Positions 11,429 through 20,523 of a stretch of 49,625 nucleotides of DNA are shown piece after piece. Source of the DNA: Rhodospirillales bacterium (GTDB taxonomy: Bacteria; Pseudomonadota; Alphaproteobacteria; Rhodospirillales; Casp-alpha2); the NCBI GenBank assembly GCA_021775325.1, contig JAJFID010000298.1:1-49625 (forward strand). The letters are read 5' to 3'. Made by a program: the position numbers and the translations under genes. The first letter of the stretch is position 1. Each line of letters begins with the position of its first letter. The notes below the pieces were generated by a model. That model ran no database searches. It saw only the letters and a list, made by a program, of their open reading frames with translations, and was not told where the DNA came from.

Positions 11429-11500
11429 AGCGCAAGACTCGTACTGATTTGACTAATCTTGCCTGCCGAGATCAACGTTTCGGGTCCGACTGGGTTATGA

Positions 11501-11584
11501 ATCACAGAGGTAGATGAGCAGGAACAGAGGGCACAGAGAAGAAAAAAGCTCTGTGATCTCTTCTATACCTCGTCTTCCTCTGTG
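11501..11584. repeat. nested inverted-repeat element built from five copies of CACAGAG(G)
   Basis: CACAGAG at 11503 and 11532, ACAGAGG at 11524, CTCTGTG at 11549 and 11578. Outer arms 11503-11518 / 11569-11584 pair at 14/16. Inner stem 11532-11538 / 11549-11555, with an alternative 9-bp pairing 11501-11509 / 11549-11557. Confidence 0.7.
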
Positions 11585-11866
11585 AGAGACTTAATCGGAT
11601 TTTGTGAATCGTCTGTCTTTAGAATGGCTGCAGCAACATAAGAACAATATCGTCCTCGCGAAAAAACTTGACTTTTCACCATTTTTATGCTCTTATTCCT
11701 ATCCGTTATTTGACATTGTAAATCATACACCGTGAGCCATGCCATGCGTGTGGTCACATATTGTTGCTGTGGCCTGATTTTCTGCCGAGTACCTTCGAAA
11801 TCCCGCCCCTCTCGGCCCACATCGTGGCTCCGCCGGGCTACGGTTTTTCTGCGGATAACCTCCGAA

Positions 11867-12044
11867 TGTAGACACGGAGAGTCGCCCAAAGTAAGCGAAA
11901 GTCTACAAAATGAATTGTTTCAGTGACTTACAGGCCGCATTTTCGGGCGATTTCAGGAATCTTCATTACAAAAGTAGTCAAATGTCTACAGCAAATGTAG
12001 ACATTTGTTCACCTCTGTAGACTTCATTGTTGGGCGAAGTCTAC
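11867..12044. repeat. cluster of three GTAGAC/GTCTAC inverted-repeat pairs directly downstream of typA
   Basis: GTAGAC at 11868, 11997, 12017; GTCTAC at 11901, 11984, 12039. Hairpins: 11979-11990 / 11996-12007 (12 bp, 5-nt loop), 12017-12025 / 12036-12044 (9 bp, 10-nt loop), 11867-11873 / 11901-11907 (7 bp, 27-nt spacer). First and third units share TCGCCCAA / TTGGGCGA. Confidence 0.8.
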
Positions 12045-12048
12045 TTCC

Positions 12049-13875
12049 TTAAGCCGCACTCTCGGCCCGCGAGGCGCGTTTGCGTTCGTGGGGGTCCAGA
12101 TGATATTTGCGCAGGCGGATGGTTTCCGGGGTGATTTCCACCAGCTCGTCGCTGCCGATATAGGCCAGGGCCTGCTCCAGTGACATCTTGCGCGGTGGTG
12201 TCAGGCGGATGTTTTCGTCTGTGCCCGAGGCGCGGATGTTGGTGAGCTGCTTGGCTTTCATGGGGTTCACTTCCAGATCGCCGGGGCGGTTGTTTTCGCC
12301 GATGATCATACCCGCGTAGGCCTTGGCGCCTGAGCCCACAAACATGGTGCCGCGCTCTTCCAGGTTCCACAGGCTGTAGGCAACGGTCTTGCCGGGCGAA
12401 TTGGAAATCAGCACGCCATTACGCCGCCCGGCGATGGCGCCCTTGGTTTCAACATAGCTGTGAAAGACCCGGTTCATAATGCCGGTACCGCGGGTTTCCG
12501 TGAGGAACTGGCCGTGATAGCCGATCAGGCCGCGTGAGGGTGCCAGAAACGTAATCCGCACCTTGCCGCCGCCAACCGGACGCATTTCCTGCATCTCGGC
12601 CTTGCGGGTGCTCATGCTTTCAACAACAACACCGGCGTATTCCTCGTCCACATCGACAACCGCTTCTTCCACCGGCTCCATGAGCTTGCCGGTTTCGGGA
12701 TCGTCCATGAACAGCACGCGGGGTCGGCTGACTGACAGCTCAAAACCTTCGCGGCGCATGGTCTCGATCAGCACGCCAAGCTGCAACTCGCCACGACCAG
12801 CCACATCGAAAGCATCCTTGCTGTCGGTTTCGGTAATGCGGATGGCGACGTTGCCTTCGGCTTCGCGCAGCAGACGGTCACGGATCACACGGGACGTGAC
12901 TTTGGTGCCCTCGGTGCCCGCCAGCGGTGAATCGTTAACCGAAAATGTCATGGCCAGCGTCGGCGGATCAATGGGCGTGGCGGCCAGCGCCTCCGTCACC
13001 GCGGGATCACACAGGGTGTCGGCCACCGTGGCCTTGGTCAGACCGGCAATGGCGACCAGATCACCGGCACCGGCTTCGTCAACCGGTACGCGTTCCAGAT
13101 CTCGGAACGACAGCAACTTTGAAATGCGGCCTGTCTCGATTACCGTGCCATCCCGGCTCAGGGCCCTGACCGGTGTGTTGACCTTAACGGTGCCGGAATG
13201 AATCCGGCCGGTGAGCACACGCCCCAGAAAGGGGTTGGCATCCAGCATGGTTACAAGCATGGAGAACGGCCCGGTGGCTTCTTCTACGGGTGGCTGCACG
13301 TGGTTCAGAATAACGTCGAACAGCACATCCATGTTGTCTGTTTCGTCGTCCGGCTCCATGGCGGCCCAGCCCTGTTTGGCGGATGCGAACACGGTGGGGA
13401 AGTCCAGTTGCTCATCAGATGCATCGAGCACGGAGAACAGATCGAACACCTCGTCCTGGACCTCGAACGGACGGGCGTCGGGTTTGTCCACCTTGTTAAT
13501 GACAAGGATGGGCTTGAGGCCGATCTGCAGGGCTTTGGTGGTCACAAATTTGGTCTGTGGCATGGCACCTTCGGCGGCATCCACAAGCAGCAGCACACCG
13601 TCCACCATGCTGAGGATGCGTTCCACCTCGCCGCCAAAATCGGCGTGACCGGGTGTATCCACAATATTGATGCGCACGCCGTCGCGTTCGACGGACGTGC
13701 ATTTGGCCAGAATGGTAATGCCGCGCTCGCGCTCCAGGTCATTGCTGTCCATGGCCCGTTCGGCGACCTGCTGGTTATCGCGGAATGCGCCACTCTGGCG
13801 AAGCAACTGATCCACCAGTGTGGTTTTGCCGTGATCGACGTGCGCGATAATCGCGATATTTCGTAACTGTGTCAT
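12049..13875 (-). CDS. typA: translational GTPase TypA/BipA
   Basis: 608 aa. [20 protein letters not shown]1 motif, [16 protein letters not shown], and EF-G-like domain organisation. Confidence 0.97.
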   Translation of the reverse strand: MTQLRNIAIIAHVDHGKTTLVDQLLRQSGAFRDNQQVAERAMDSNDLERERGITILAKCTSVERDGVRINIVDTPGHADFGGEVERILSMVDGVLLLVDAAEGAMPQTKFVTTKALQIGLKPILVINKVDKPDARPFEVQDEVFDLFSVLDASDEQLDFPTVFASAKQGWAAMEPDDETDNMDVLFDVILNHVQPPVEEATGPFSMLVTMLDANPFLGRVLTGRIHSGTVKVNTPVRALSRDGTVIETGRISKLLSFRDLERVPVDEAGAGDLVAIAGLTKATVADTLCDPAVTEALAATPIDPPTLAMTFSVNDSPLAGTEGTKVTSRVIRDRLLREAEGNVAIRITETDSKDAFDVAGRGELQLGVLIETMRREGFELSVSRPRVLFMDDPETGKLMEPVEEAVVDVDEEYAGVVVESMSTRKAEMQEMRPVGGGKVRITFLAPSRGLIGYHGQFLTETRGTGIMNRVFHSYVETKGAIAGRRNGVLISNSPGKTVAYSLWNLEERGTMFVGSGAKAYAGMIIGENNRPGDLEVNPMKAKQLTNIRASGTDENIRLTPPRKMSLEQALAYIGSDELVEITPETIRLRKYHLDPHERKRASRAESAA

Positions 13876-13956
13876 TGTACCTGCTCAGTGTGCCAGCATT
13901 CGGAGCCGGCTATGGACGAAGGGCAGGGTTAACAGGCCTGAACCATCGTGAAAAAT

Positions 13957-14958
13957 CTAGTTCTTGAAGTCGAGCTTATGCTCGATCAGGCTGCCCAAAG
14001 GCTCTGCCGGACGGGCTCCCATATGGCTGATCACCTCGGCTGCTGCCACGCTGCCCACATGGGCGGCATCACGCAGACCCAGATGATGGGTCAGGCCATA
14101 AAGAAAGCCTGCGGCATATGCATCACCGGCCCCGGTTGTGTCAACCACTGTTACGTCCGGCTCCGCATCAATCACATGAATTTCGTCGCCGGAAACAACG
14201 ACCGAACCCTTTTCGCTGCGGGTCAGGGCGGCAATCTCGCAATGTCCACGTACATACTGCAGGGCTTCATCAAACTCATCCACCTGATACAGCGAGGTGA
14301 TTTCCTGCTCATTGGCGAACAGAATATCCACGTGGCCCTCCAACAACTGAAGGAAATCATCCCGGTGCCGGTCCACACAAAATGCGTCAGACAGACTGAG
14401 AGATACCTTGTTGCCGGATTGGTGGGCAATATCAGCGGCACGGATAAAGGCTTCCTTGGCTTCGGGCGGATCCCACAGATAACCTTCCAGATAGGTAATC
14501 TGAGAATCGGCGATAATCTCGGGATCAATGTCCCGGGGCCCCAGTTCCACACATGTGCCCAGATAGGTCAGCATGGTACGCTGGGCATCGGGGGTAACAA
14601 AAATAAGGCACCGGGCCGTGGATGTGGTGTCCCGGGCTGGTGGAGTCTCAAAAGTTACACCGATATCCCGTATCGCGTCGGTAAAGCGTTCGCCAAGTAA
14701 ATCATCGCAGACCTTGCCGATGAAAGCACAGTCGGAACCCAGTGACGCCATGGCGGCGATGGTATTGGCGGCGGAACCGCCTGATTGCTCCATAGGCGCA
14801 CGCATTTTACCGTACAGGGTACCGGCCATAATCTCGTCGATGAGCGTCATGCCGCCCTTGGTCATATCGTTGCTTTCAAGGAATGCGTCATCTGTCTTTG
14901 CCAACACATCGACGATGGCATTACCGATGCCTACCACATGAAACCGTTTGTTGCCCAA
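13957..14958 (-). CDS. adenosine kinase / PfkB-family ribokinase-like sugar kinase
   Basis: FHVVGIGNAIVDVLA N-terminal motif and C-terminal VDTTGAGDAYAAGFLYG PfkB signature. I place the start at TTG 14958, preceded by GGGAGG with a 5 nt spacer. The ORF-track start at 15054 adds 32 non-conserved residues. Confidence 0.85.
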   Translation of the reverse strand: MGNKRFHVVGIGNAIVDVLAKTDDAFLESNDMTKGGMTLIDEIMAGTLYGKMRAPMEQSGGSAANTIAAMASLGSDCAFIGKVCDDLLGERFTDAIRDIGVTFETPPARDTTSTARCLIFVTPDAQRTMLTYLGTCVELGPRDIDPEIIADSQITYLEGYLWDPPEAKEAFIRAADIAHQSGNKVSLSLSDAFCVDRHRDDFLQLLEGHVDILFANEQEITSLYQVDEFDEALQYVRGHCEIAALTRSEKGSVVVSGDEIHVIDAEPDVTVVDTTGAGDAYAAGFLYGLTHHLGLRDAAHVGSVAAAEVISHMGARPAEPLGSLIEHKLDFKN

Positions 14959-15138
14959 TCTGGCCTCCCGCTCGCTTGAAATCGTACTATATACAATGTT
15001 TGAGATGCTTCGAATCAGTGGCGCGCAGTATAACGACCACATCGCCAGCCTCAAGTCTGCTATTTGACAGCAGAATGCGGCTTGCCCCGGACGGAAGCCA
15101 TGGATAAACAGTAGGCAGAATTTGCAAAGGAGTCATTA

Positions 15139-15819
15139 ATGTTCAGCGCGTTTGGTAAAGCCATTGCCCAACTGAATGACCGTGCCATACAAAAAACGTT
15201 GATGCTGAGTATTGCTGCGGCGATCGGTGTTTTCATTGCCGTATGGTTCGTGACTGGATATCTGCTGACCAACACCGCGTTTTTTACCTGGGGATGGCTG
15301 GAAACGGCCATTGATTTACTGGGTGGTCTGGCGACCCTTATTCTGACCTGGTTTCTTTTTCCGGGGATTGTCAGCGCGATCGTGGCCCTGTTTCTTGATG
15401 ACGTAGCTGTGGCCGTCGAGGCACGTCATTATCCCGGCCTGGGTGTTGCCGATGGCCAGACCATGGGTGAAGCCGTGGTTGGTGCACTTAAATTTTTGGC
15501 GGCACTCGTTACACTCAATTTACTGTTGTTGCCGTTTTTGATCCTTGGCCCCGTATTCCCTTTTGTCTTCTACGCCGTGAACGGGTATCTTCTGGGTAGA
15601 GAGTATTTTGAGTTGGTGGCCCTGCGACGTATTGATGCAGCCAGTGCAAGACGGTTACGGAAACAACGTCAGGGTGCCCTGTTTTTTGTCGGGGTTGGTA
15701 TCGCGTTCATGCTGACAATTCCGGTGATCAACCTGTTGACGCCAATCATTGCAACCGCAGCAATGGTTCATTTGTTTGAAGACTGGCGAGCGGCCACGAA
15801 TGAAGTTATAGCTGCCTGA
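15139..15819 (+). CDS. EI24/CysZ-like integral membrane protein
   Basis: 226 aa with about 4-5 TM helices. General resemblance to the EI24/CysZ (DUF540) family from memory. Good SD AAAGGAG 6 nt before the ATG. Confidence 0.55.
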   Translation: MFSAFGKAIAQLNDRAIQKTLMLSIAAAIGVFIAVWFVTGYLLTNTAFFTWGWLETAIDLLGGLATLILTWFLFPGIVSAIVALFLDDVAVAVEARHYPGLGVADGQTMGEAVVGALKFLAALVTLNLLLLPFLILGPVFPFVFYAVNGYLLGREYFELVALRRIDAASARRLRKQRQGALFFVGVGIAFMLTIPVINLLTPIIATAAMVHLFEDWRAATNEVIAA

Positions 15820-15861
15820 GTAACGTTGGTGCCGGTGACCGGCCATAAGGAGAAGATATCA

Positions 15862-16401
15862 ATGGACGATAAAAAGGAAACCGGCACCATGAGCGCGGGC
15901 GTTGACGACTCAGCCGCGCCGCCATTGACCCCGTTTGCCACATCGAACGCATCGTCGCCGGGCGCTGCCCGATCAACATTCCACCCCGATGTTCCGTCAC
16001 GAGGTGGCGTTCCGGGCAACGTGTCAGGCGTGGCCGGTTCCCAGACTGCGCCTGAAGCCATTGAGCCCAATCGTCTGGTCATTGGACGCGAGGTCAAGCT
16101 CAAGGGCGGCAAGATTTCGTCCTGTGACCGGCTGTCGCTGGAAGGTGAGGTGGAAGATGTGGATTTGTCCAAGGCGCGCTTGCTGGAAGTTGCACCAGTC
16201 GGTGTTTTCAAGGGTAAGGCCGATGTGGACGAAGCAGTCATTGGCGGCCGCTTCGAAGGCGAACTGACCGCCCATAACCGCCTGACCATCAAGGATGGCG
16301 GATCCATCACCGGGTCAGTGCGTTACGGTTCCATTGTTATCGAGCCAGGCGGATCCATCAGTGGTGAAATGCAAACGCTTACCGAGCAGAGCAGCTCTTG
16401 A
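15862..16401 (+). CDS. bactofilin-family cytoskeletal protein
   Basis: Disordered Ala/Pro/Ser N-terminus followed by a beta-helical repeat core: IGREVKLKGGKISSCDRLSLEGEVE...FKGKADVDEAVIGGRFEGELTAHNRLTIKDGGSITGSVRYGSIVIEPGGSISGEM. ATG 15862 is preceded by AAGGAGAAG. Confidence 0.8.
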   Translation: MDDKKETGTMSAGVDDSAAPPLTPFATSNASSPGAARSTFHPDVPSRGGVPGNVSGVAGSQTAPEAIEPNRLVIGREVKLKGGKISSCDRLSLEGEVEDVDLSKARLLEVAPVGVFKGKADVDEAVIGGRFEGELTAHNRLTIKDGGSITGSVRYGSIVIEPGGSISGEMQTLTEQSSS

Positions 16402-16865
16402 GGACATTCCGGCATTGTGTTCCGGTTGTCGTTTTGGCGCTGTTTCTCGGCGCCTGCCAGTTTGTGACCGAAGAACCCGTTGTCGAATCACCACCCGAGA
16501 CCACGGAACCAGAGGTACAGGCCGAGGTGGTGCAGGAGGTTGCTGCCCTGCCACCCTCAGAACCAGATGTTCCGCCACCACCCCCGCCGCCAATTCCCGT
16601 TCCTGATCCAGGGTCTCTCATGGGTTACAGCGAGGCCGGTCTTGAAGGCCTTTTCGGCGCGCCAACATTTTTGCGTCGCGATCCACCAGCCGAGTTATGG
16701 CAATACCATACGGATGCCTGCGTACTCGACCTGTTTTTATATGAGGACGTAGCGGGCAGCTATCTGGTCGACCACATCGAATTCCGAGAAACGGGTCACA
16801 GTGCCAGCGAAAAAGAAGACTGCCTTCGCGAGATCATTCTGAGCATGGGAGAGGCCACAGGATAA
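16398..16865 (+). CDS. proline-rich lipoprotein, function unknown
   Basis: TTG start overlaps the bactofilin TGA (cTTGA). Signal peptide RTFRHCVPVVVLALFLGAC has a lipobox-like LGAC. Then an acidic/Pro-rich linker (PPPPPPPIPVPDP) and a roughly 80 aa globular C-domain. Confidence 0.6.
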   Translation: MRTFRHCVPVVVLALFLGACQFVTEEPVVESPPETTEPEVQAEVVQEVAALPPSEPDVPPPPPPPIPVPDPGSLMGYSEAGLEGLFGAPTFLRRDPPAELWQYHTDACVLDLFLYEDVAGSYLVDHIEFRETGHSASEKEDCLREIILSMGEATG

Positions 16866-16922
16866 CGGATGATTTCGTGCGCGAATGGCCCATGTGCAAC
16901 AGTGCGGATCAAGACAGATGTT

Positions 16923-19163
16923 CTATGATTGGTTTTCAAAGTCTCTATCCTGGGCTCTTGGGTCTATGGCAGGGATATCAAAGAAAAATGTGCTCCCCTC
17001 TCCCTGAACGGACTCGAACGATATATTACCGCCGTGCTGTTCAATTATCGCCCGGGAAATATTCAGCCCAAGCCCTGATCCACCGGTTTGACGCTTGTCG
17101 GAACCATCAATCTGGGTAAATCGTTCAAATACGTAGTCTCTGTGCTCCGCAGCAATCCCCTCGCCGCAGTCGGAGACTGCCACGCGCGCGTTATCACCTT
17201 TACGGGAAACAGCGATTCTGATTTCCGTGCCTGCGGCCGAAAACTTGATCGCATTGGAAAGTAGATTTGCAACAACCTGAGTAAGCCGGTTCACATCGCC
17301 GTTGACAATGACCTCGCGATTTAGATCGCTGATAAACTCCCTGTCCCCGTACTCGACGACCAGCCCCCGATAATCGTCTATTGCGGCTTCCACAAGATCG
17401 GACAGGTTATACGGTTGAAAATCGTACTCAATCTCACCTGAGGCGATTTTCTCCATGTCCAAAATATCGTTGACCAGTTCAATGACCCTGTTTGTGTTTC
17501 GATAGGCAATCTTGACAAGTGAATGCGCGCCATCGGAAAGCTCTTCCTGGAGATTGTTGACCAGCAGGCCTAACGAACCTTTCGCAGATGTCAGTGGCGT
17601 GCGCAGTTCATGGCTGACCGTTGAAACGAACTCGTCTTTCAGTCGGTCAAGTTTCTTGCGTTTTGTGACATCCATGATCGTCAACTGCACTGCAGGTTTT
17701 TCGTCCCAGGTAATCATCTGTACGCGGTTTTCCAACCAGACGGGCGTGCCGTCTTTTCGAACACCCTCGAATTCATAGGTATCGGGGACTTCCAGGCCCT
17801 TGAGACGGTTTTCCGAGTAACTTTTCAACCTGTCAATTTCGTGGGGCGCAACGTGGGACCGGGGAGATCCCAAGTTTAAAAACTCGCTGACTTCATCATA
17901 ACCAAACACACTGGCGTATGATTTGTTGGCGAAATGAATTTTGGTGCCATCATGAATCATGACGCCTTGGACGGACCCTTCAATCAGGTCCTGAAACCGC
18001 TTGTCAGAAACCTTGAGGGCGTGCTCTGCCTGACTGACTTCTGAAATGTCCATTGTGACGCCGACTGTCTGGATGTGATTTCCCTGACCATCGAAGACCG
18101 GTTCTCCGATCTCTTTGACATGCACGATTTTATCGTTGGAACCAAGCACCCGCATCTGGCACTCATATCCTGACTTTGCGTTGTTTGCTTTCCGAATTGT
18201 TTCAAAGTACGCGTCGCGATCGTGTGGGTGCACACTATTGCGGAGGCCATCAGACGATATTGACAACCTGTTGTATTCTTCGACGGTTAGGCCGTAAATC
18301 TCGGCGTTGAGCTCTGAACAGAACACGGTGCGATTTTCGACCAAGTCCCAGACCCAATGCCCCACTTTGGCCAGCTTTGCTGCACGATTTAAACGCGCTT
18401 CGCTTTCATTCAGTGCTCTTGTTCGTTCTGCGACCCGGAGCTCCAGCTCATCGCGGGATTTGCGTAAATTGTCCTCGGCCCGTGTGCGCTCGCCGATTTC
18501 ATGCTCCAGTTGGGACGTGCGCTCGACAACCCGGCGCTCCAATTCATTCTGGGCTGCATCGAATTCTTTCTGGCGTGTGGTTGCCAGCAGATTGCTGAGG
18601 ATGACTGCTGCCCAAAGAGACGCCCACAAAGCGATTCCGCCAGCAATAGAGGTCGGCAGGACCAATTGCCGGAAGATACGGCTGAACCTGTCAGTGGGCA
18701 AATTGTAGAACACCGCGAGCGAGTAATTGCTATTGGTGATTTCATACCGGTCCCACAGCAGTTCATTTCCATGGATTTCAAGGGGAGCGGGGTCCGCTCC
18801 AAGCGCGGGCAAAGCTTCGGCTCGATTCTGGAAGTATTCAACGATTGCTTCCGATTTGTCGCCATCTGCTACCGCAACAATTGATTCGTTCTGGTCAAAC
18901 AGAATTGCTGAGAATTCTGATGCGACCAAGAGCTTTTGATTGGCAAGCCAGGCGTCCCATTCCCGGCCATCAACGTCATCGCCAGAATGATTCGTCAGAA
19001 CTGGATTTGCGACGGTTGCAAACATATGCCTCAGGTCTGAGGAATTGAGATTCGCGCTGCTGTTGTATGTAATAAAGCCGACAAAAAGGATGCCTGTAAT
19101 ACTGAACGCAAACGCTGAGAGTACAAGACGTACTCTTAACGATGTTAGTCCTCGTTGCGGCAT
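16923..19163 (-). CDS. membrane-bound PAS-domain sensor histidine kinase (no adjacent response regulator)
   Basis: 746 aa: TM, roughly 150 aa periplasmic segment, TM, coiled coil, two PAS-like regions, H-box FVSTVSHELRTPLTS, and HATPase N/G boxes (NLLSNAIKF, DCGEGI, GGSGLGLNISR). Confidence 0.9.
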   Translation of the reverse strand: MPQRGLTSLRVRLVLSAFAFSITGILFVGFITYNSSANLNSSDLRHMFATVANPVLTNHSGDDVDGREWDAWLANQKLLVASEFSAILFDQNESIVAVADGDKSEAIVEYFQNRAEALPALGADPAPLEIHGNELLWDRYEITNSNYSLAVFYNLPTDRFSRIFRQLVLPTSIAGGIALWASLWAAVILSNLLATTRQKEFDAAQNELERRVVERTSQLEHEIGERTRAEDNLRKSRDELELRVAERTRALNESEARLNRAAKLAKVGHWVWDLVENRTVFCSELNAEIYGLTVEEYNRLSISSDGLRNSVHPHDRDAYFETIRKANNAKSGYECQMRVLGSNDKIVHVKEIGEPVFDGQGNHIQTVGVTMDISEVSQAEHALKVSDKRFQDLIEGSVQGVMIHDGTKIHFANKSYASVFGYDEVSEFLNLGSPRSHVAPHEIDRLKSYSENRLKGLEVPDTYEFEGVRKDGTPVWLENRVQMITWDEKPAVQLTIMDVTKRKKLDRLKDEFVSTVSHELRTPLTSAKGSLGLLVNNLQEELSDGAHSLVKIAYRNTNRVIELVNDILDMEKIASGEIEYDFQPYNLSDLVEAAIDDYRGLVVEYGDREFISDLNREVIVNGDVNRLTQVVANLLSNAIKFSAAGTEIRIAVSRKGDNARVAVSDCGEGIAAEHRDYVFERFTQIDGSDKRQTGGSGLGLNISRAIIEQHGGNISFESVQGEGSTFFFDIPAIDPRAQDRDFENQS

Positions 19164-19366
19164 GTGCTGATTCCCGCCAGGCTATAGGCGGGACAATGTG
19201 AGAAAAGGGCCGCGCCCAGATTTACTACACCAAACAGGCCTACCAGAACGGAAACAATATCGTTTTCAATCATTACCGGATCAATGAATCCAACGTAAAA
19301 ACAAGCAACCCCGACGATTGCGCGCGCCGTGCGGTCAACTATGTGCAGGTTTTTTTCAAATCTCAT
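19145..19366 (-). CDS. DUF2892 (YgaP-like transmembrane domain) small membrane protein
   Basis: MRFEKNLHIVDRTARAIVGVACFYVGF...LFGVVNLGAALFSHCPAYSLAGISTC matches my memory of the DUF2892 pattern (NxxxxDRxxR ... CP.Y...G..TC). Its 3' end overlaps the kinase start by 19 nt. The ORF-track start at 19471 is probably too far upstream. Confidence 0.6.
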   Translation of the reverse strand: MRFEKNLHIVDRTARAIVGVACFYVGFIDPVMIENDIVSVLVGLFGVVNLGAALFSHCPAYSLAGISTCRNED

Positions 19367-19523
19367 GTTCTGGCCTTTCACCCAAGAAAATGTCGTTCTC
19401 ACACGGATACTTGTTAATCCGTGGGCCATCAGCTTCTGGCACGGATTGAAGACGCACCCCGCGGTCGCCACTCATTGTTGACACGTGTTGCTGTCAGTTC
19501 CAAAGAATACACCGCCTGTTGGT

Positions 19524-20498
19524 TTATATGGGAGGGCAGTTTTCTGATTCAAGCGTTTTCGTTGAGTGCATGGTCAATGGAACTGCGCTATCCAGGACAG
19601 TAACCTTTGATTTCGGCACATTTTCACGAACAATCGACGCGAGTCGGCTCAGTAATTCTGTTCGAGGGAAAGAGGCTCTGGAAATGAGGCGTACGTCTCT
19701 GCCTGCCGTGGCCGACGTTTCACGGCGCATCACAACGTTTCTGTCTTTCCGGTCAGACGAAGACATGATCAGGGCCGGAGCCAACGTGACGCCCTCGCCG
19801 GAGGCAACGAGAGACAACAGGGTTTCCATGCTCGTTTCCATGGTGTTCGTATTGTCGGCACCGGTATTGACATGGCACACATCCAGTACCTGATCGCGAA
19901 GGCAATGTCCGTCAGACAACAGCAGAAGCTCGCCGTGCGAAATCTCGTCGATACTCACCGTATCTTGTTTCGCGAGCCGGTGTTTGCCGGGAATGACGAT
20001 CCAGAATGGTTCCTCATACAGCGGGATTTCAATCACGTTCGATTCAACCCGCTCCGTTGCGATAATCGCACCATCCAGTTCCCCGCTTACAACGCGGCTC
20101 TCAAGATTTACCGTTAAATCCTCGATCAACGTCAATGATAAATCGGGCAGTTCGCGACGGATCGTCGACAAAATCAGGGGCGACAAATAGGGCCCGATTG
20201 TCGGAATCATGCCAAGTTTGAATTTTCCGGAGAGCGGGGATTTCGCTGACTGTGCAGCAGCTACAATCTCATCTGACAGAGTGATCAGTTGACGTGCCTG
20301 CGATACGATCTGGTGTCCAATCGGGGTTATCTGAACGGTCCGGTTCGTTCTTTCGAACAGCGTGACGCCAAGAAAACCCTCCAGCTTGCGGATTTGTCCA
20401 CTCAGTGCCGGCTGGCTTACATTGCACGAGATCGCCGCCCTTCCAAAATGCCCTTCGTCAGCCACAGCAACCACATATCGCAGATCCCGAATATTCAT
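19524..20498 (-). CDS. oxyR: LysR-type peroxide-sensing regulator OxyR
   Basis: N-terminal LTTR HTH (MNIRDLRYVVAVADEGHFGRAAISCNVSQPALSGQIRKLE). Redox-cysteine block LLLLSDGHCLRDQVLDVC equals the OxyR GHCLRDQ...C motif. Divergent from a catalase. Confidence 0.9.
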   Translation of the reverse strand: MNIRDLRYVVAVADEGHFGRAAISCNVSQPALSGQIRKLEGFLGVTLFERTNRTVQITPIGHQIVSQARQLITLSDEIVAAAQSAKSPLSGKFKLGMIPTIGPYLSPLILSTIRRELPDLSLTLIEDLTVNLESRVVSGELDGAIIATERVESNVIEIPLYEEPFWIVIPGKHRLAKQDTVSIDEISHGELLLLSDGHCLRDQVLDVCHVNTGADNTNTMETSMETLLSLVASGEGVTLAPALIMSSSDRKDRNVVMRRETSATAGRDVRLISRASFPRTELLSRLASIVRENVPKSKVTVLDSAVPLTMHSTKTLESENCPPI

Positions 20499-20523
20499 TT
20501 ATCATCCCCATTCAAATTGTATG

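Noticed and set aside
11563-11889. 108-aa minus-strand ORF, and the 64-aa plus-strand ORF 11732..11926, inside the long ampG-typA gap.
   Set aside because: No ribosome-binding site, odd composition (Cys/Arg-rich or low complexity), no recognisable family, and both span the repeat elements. Treated as noncoding unless expression data say otherwise.
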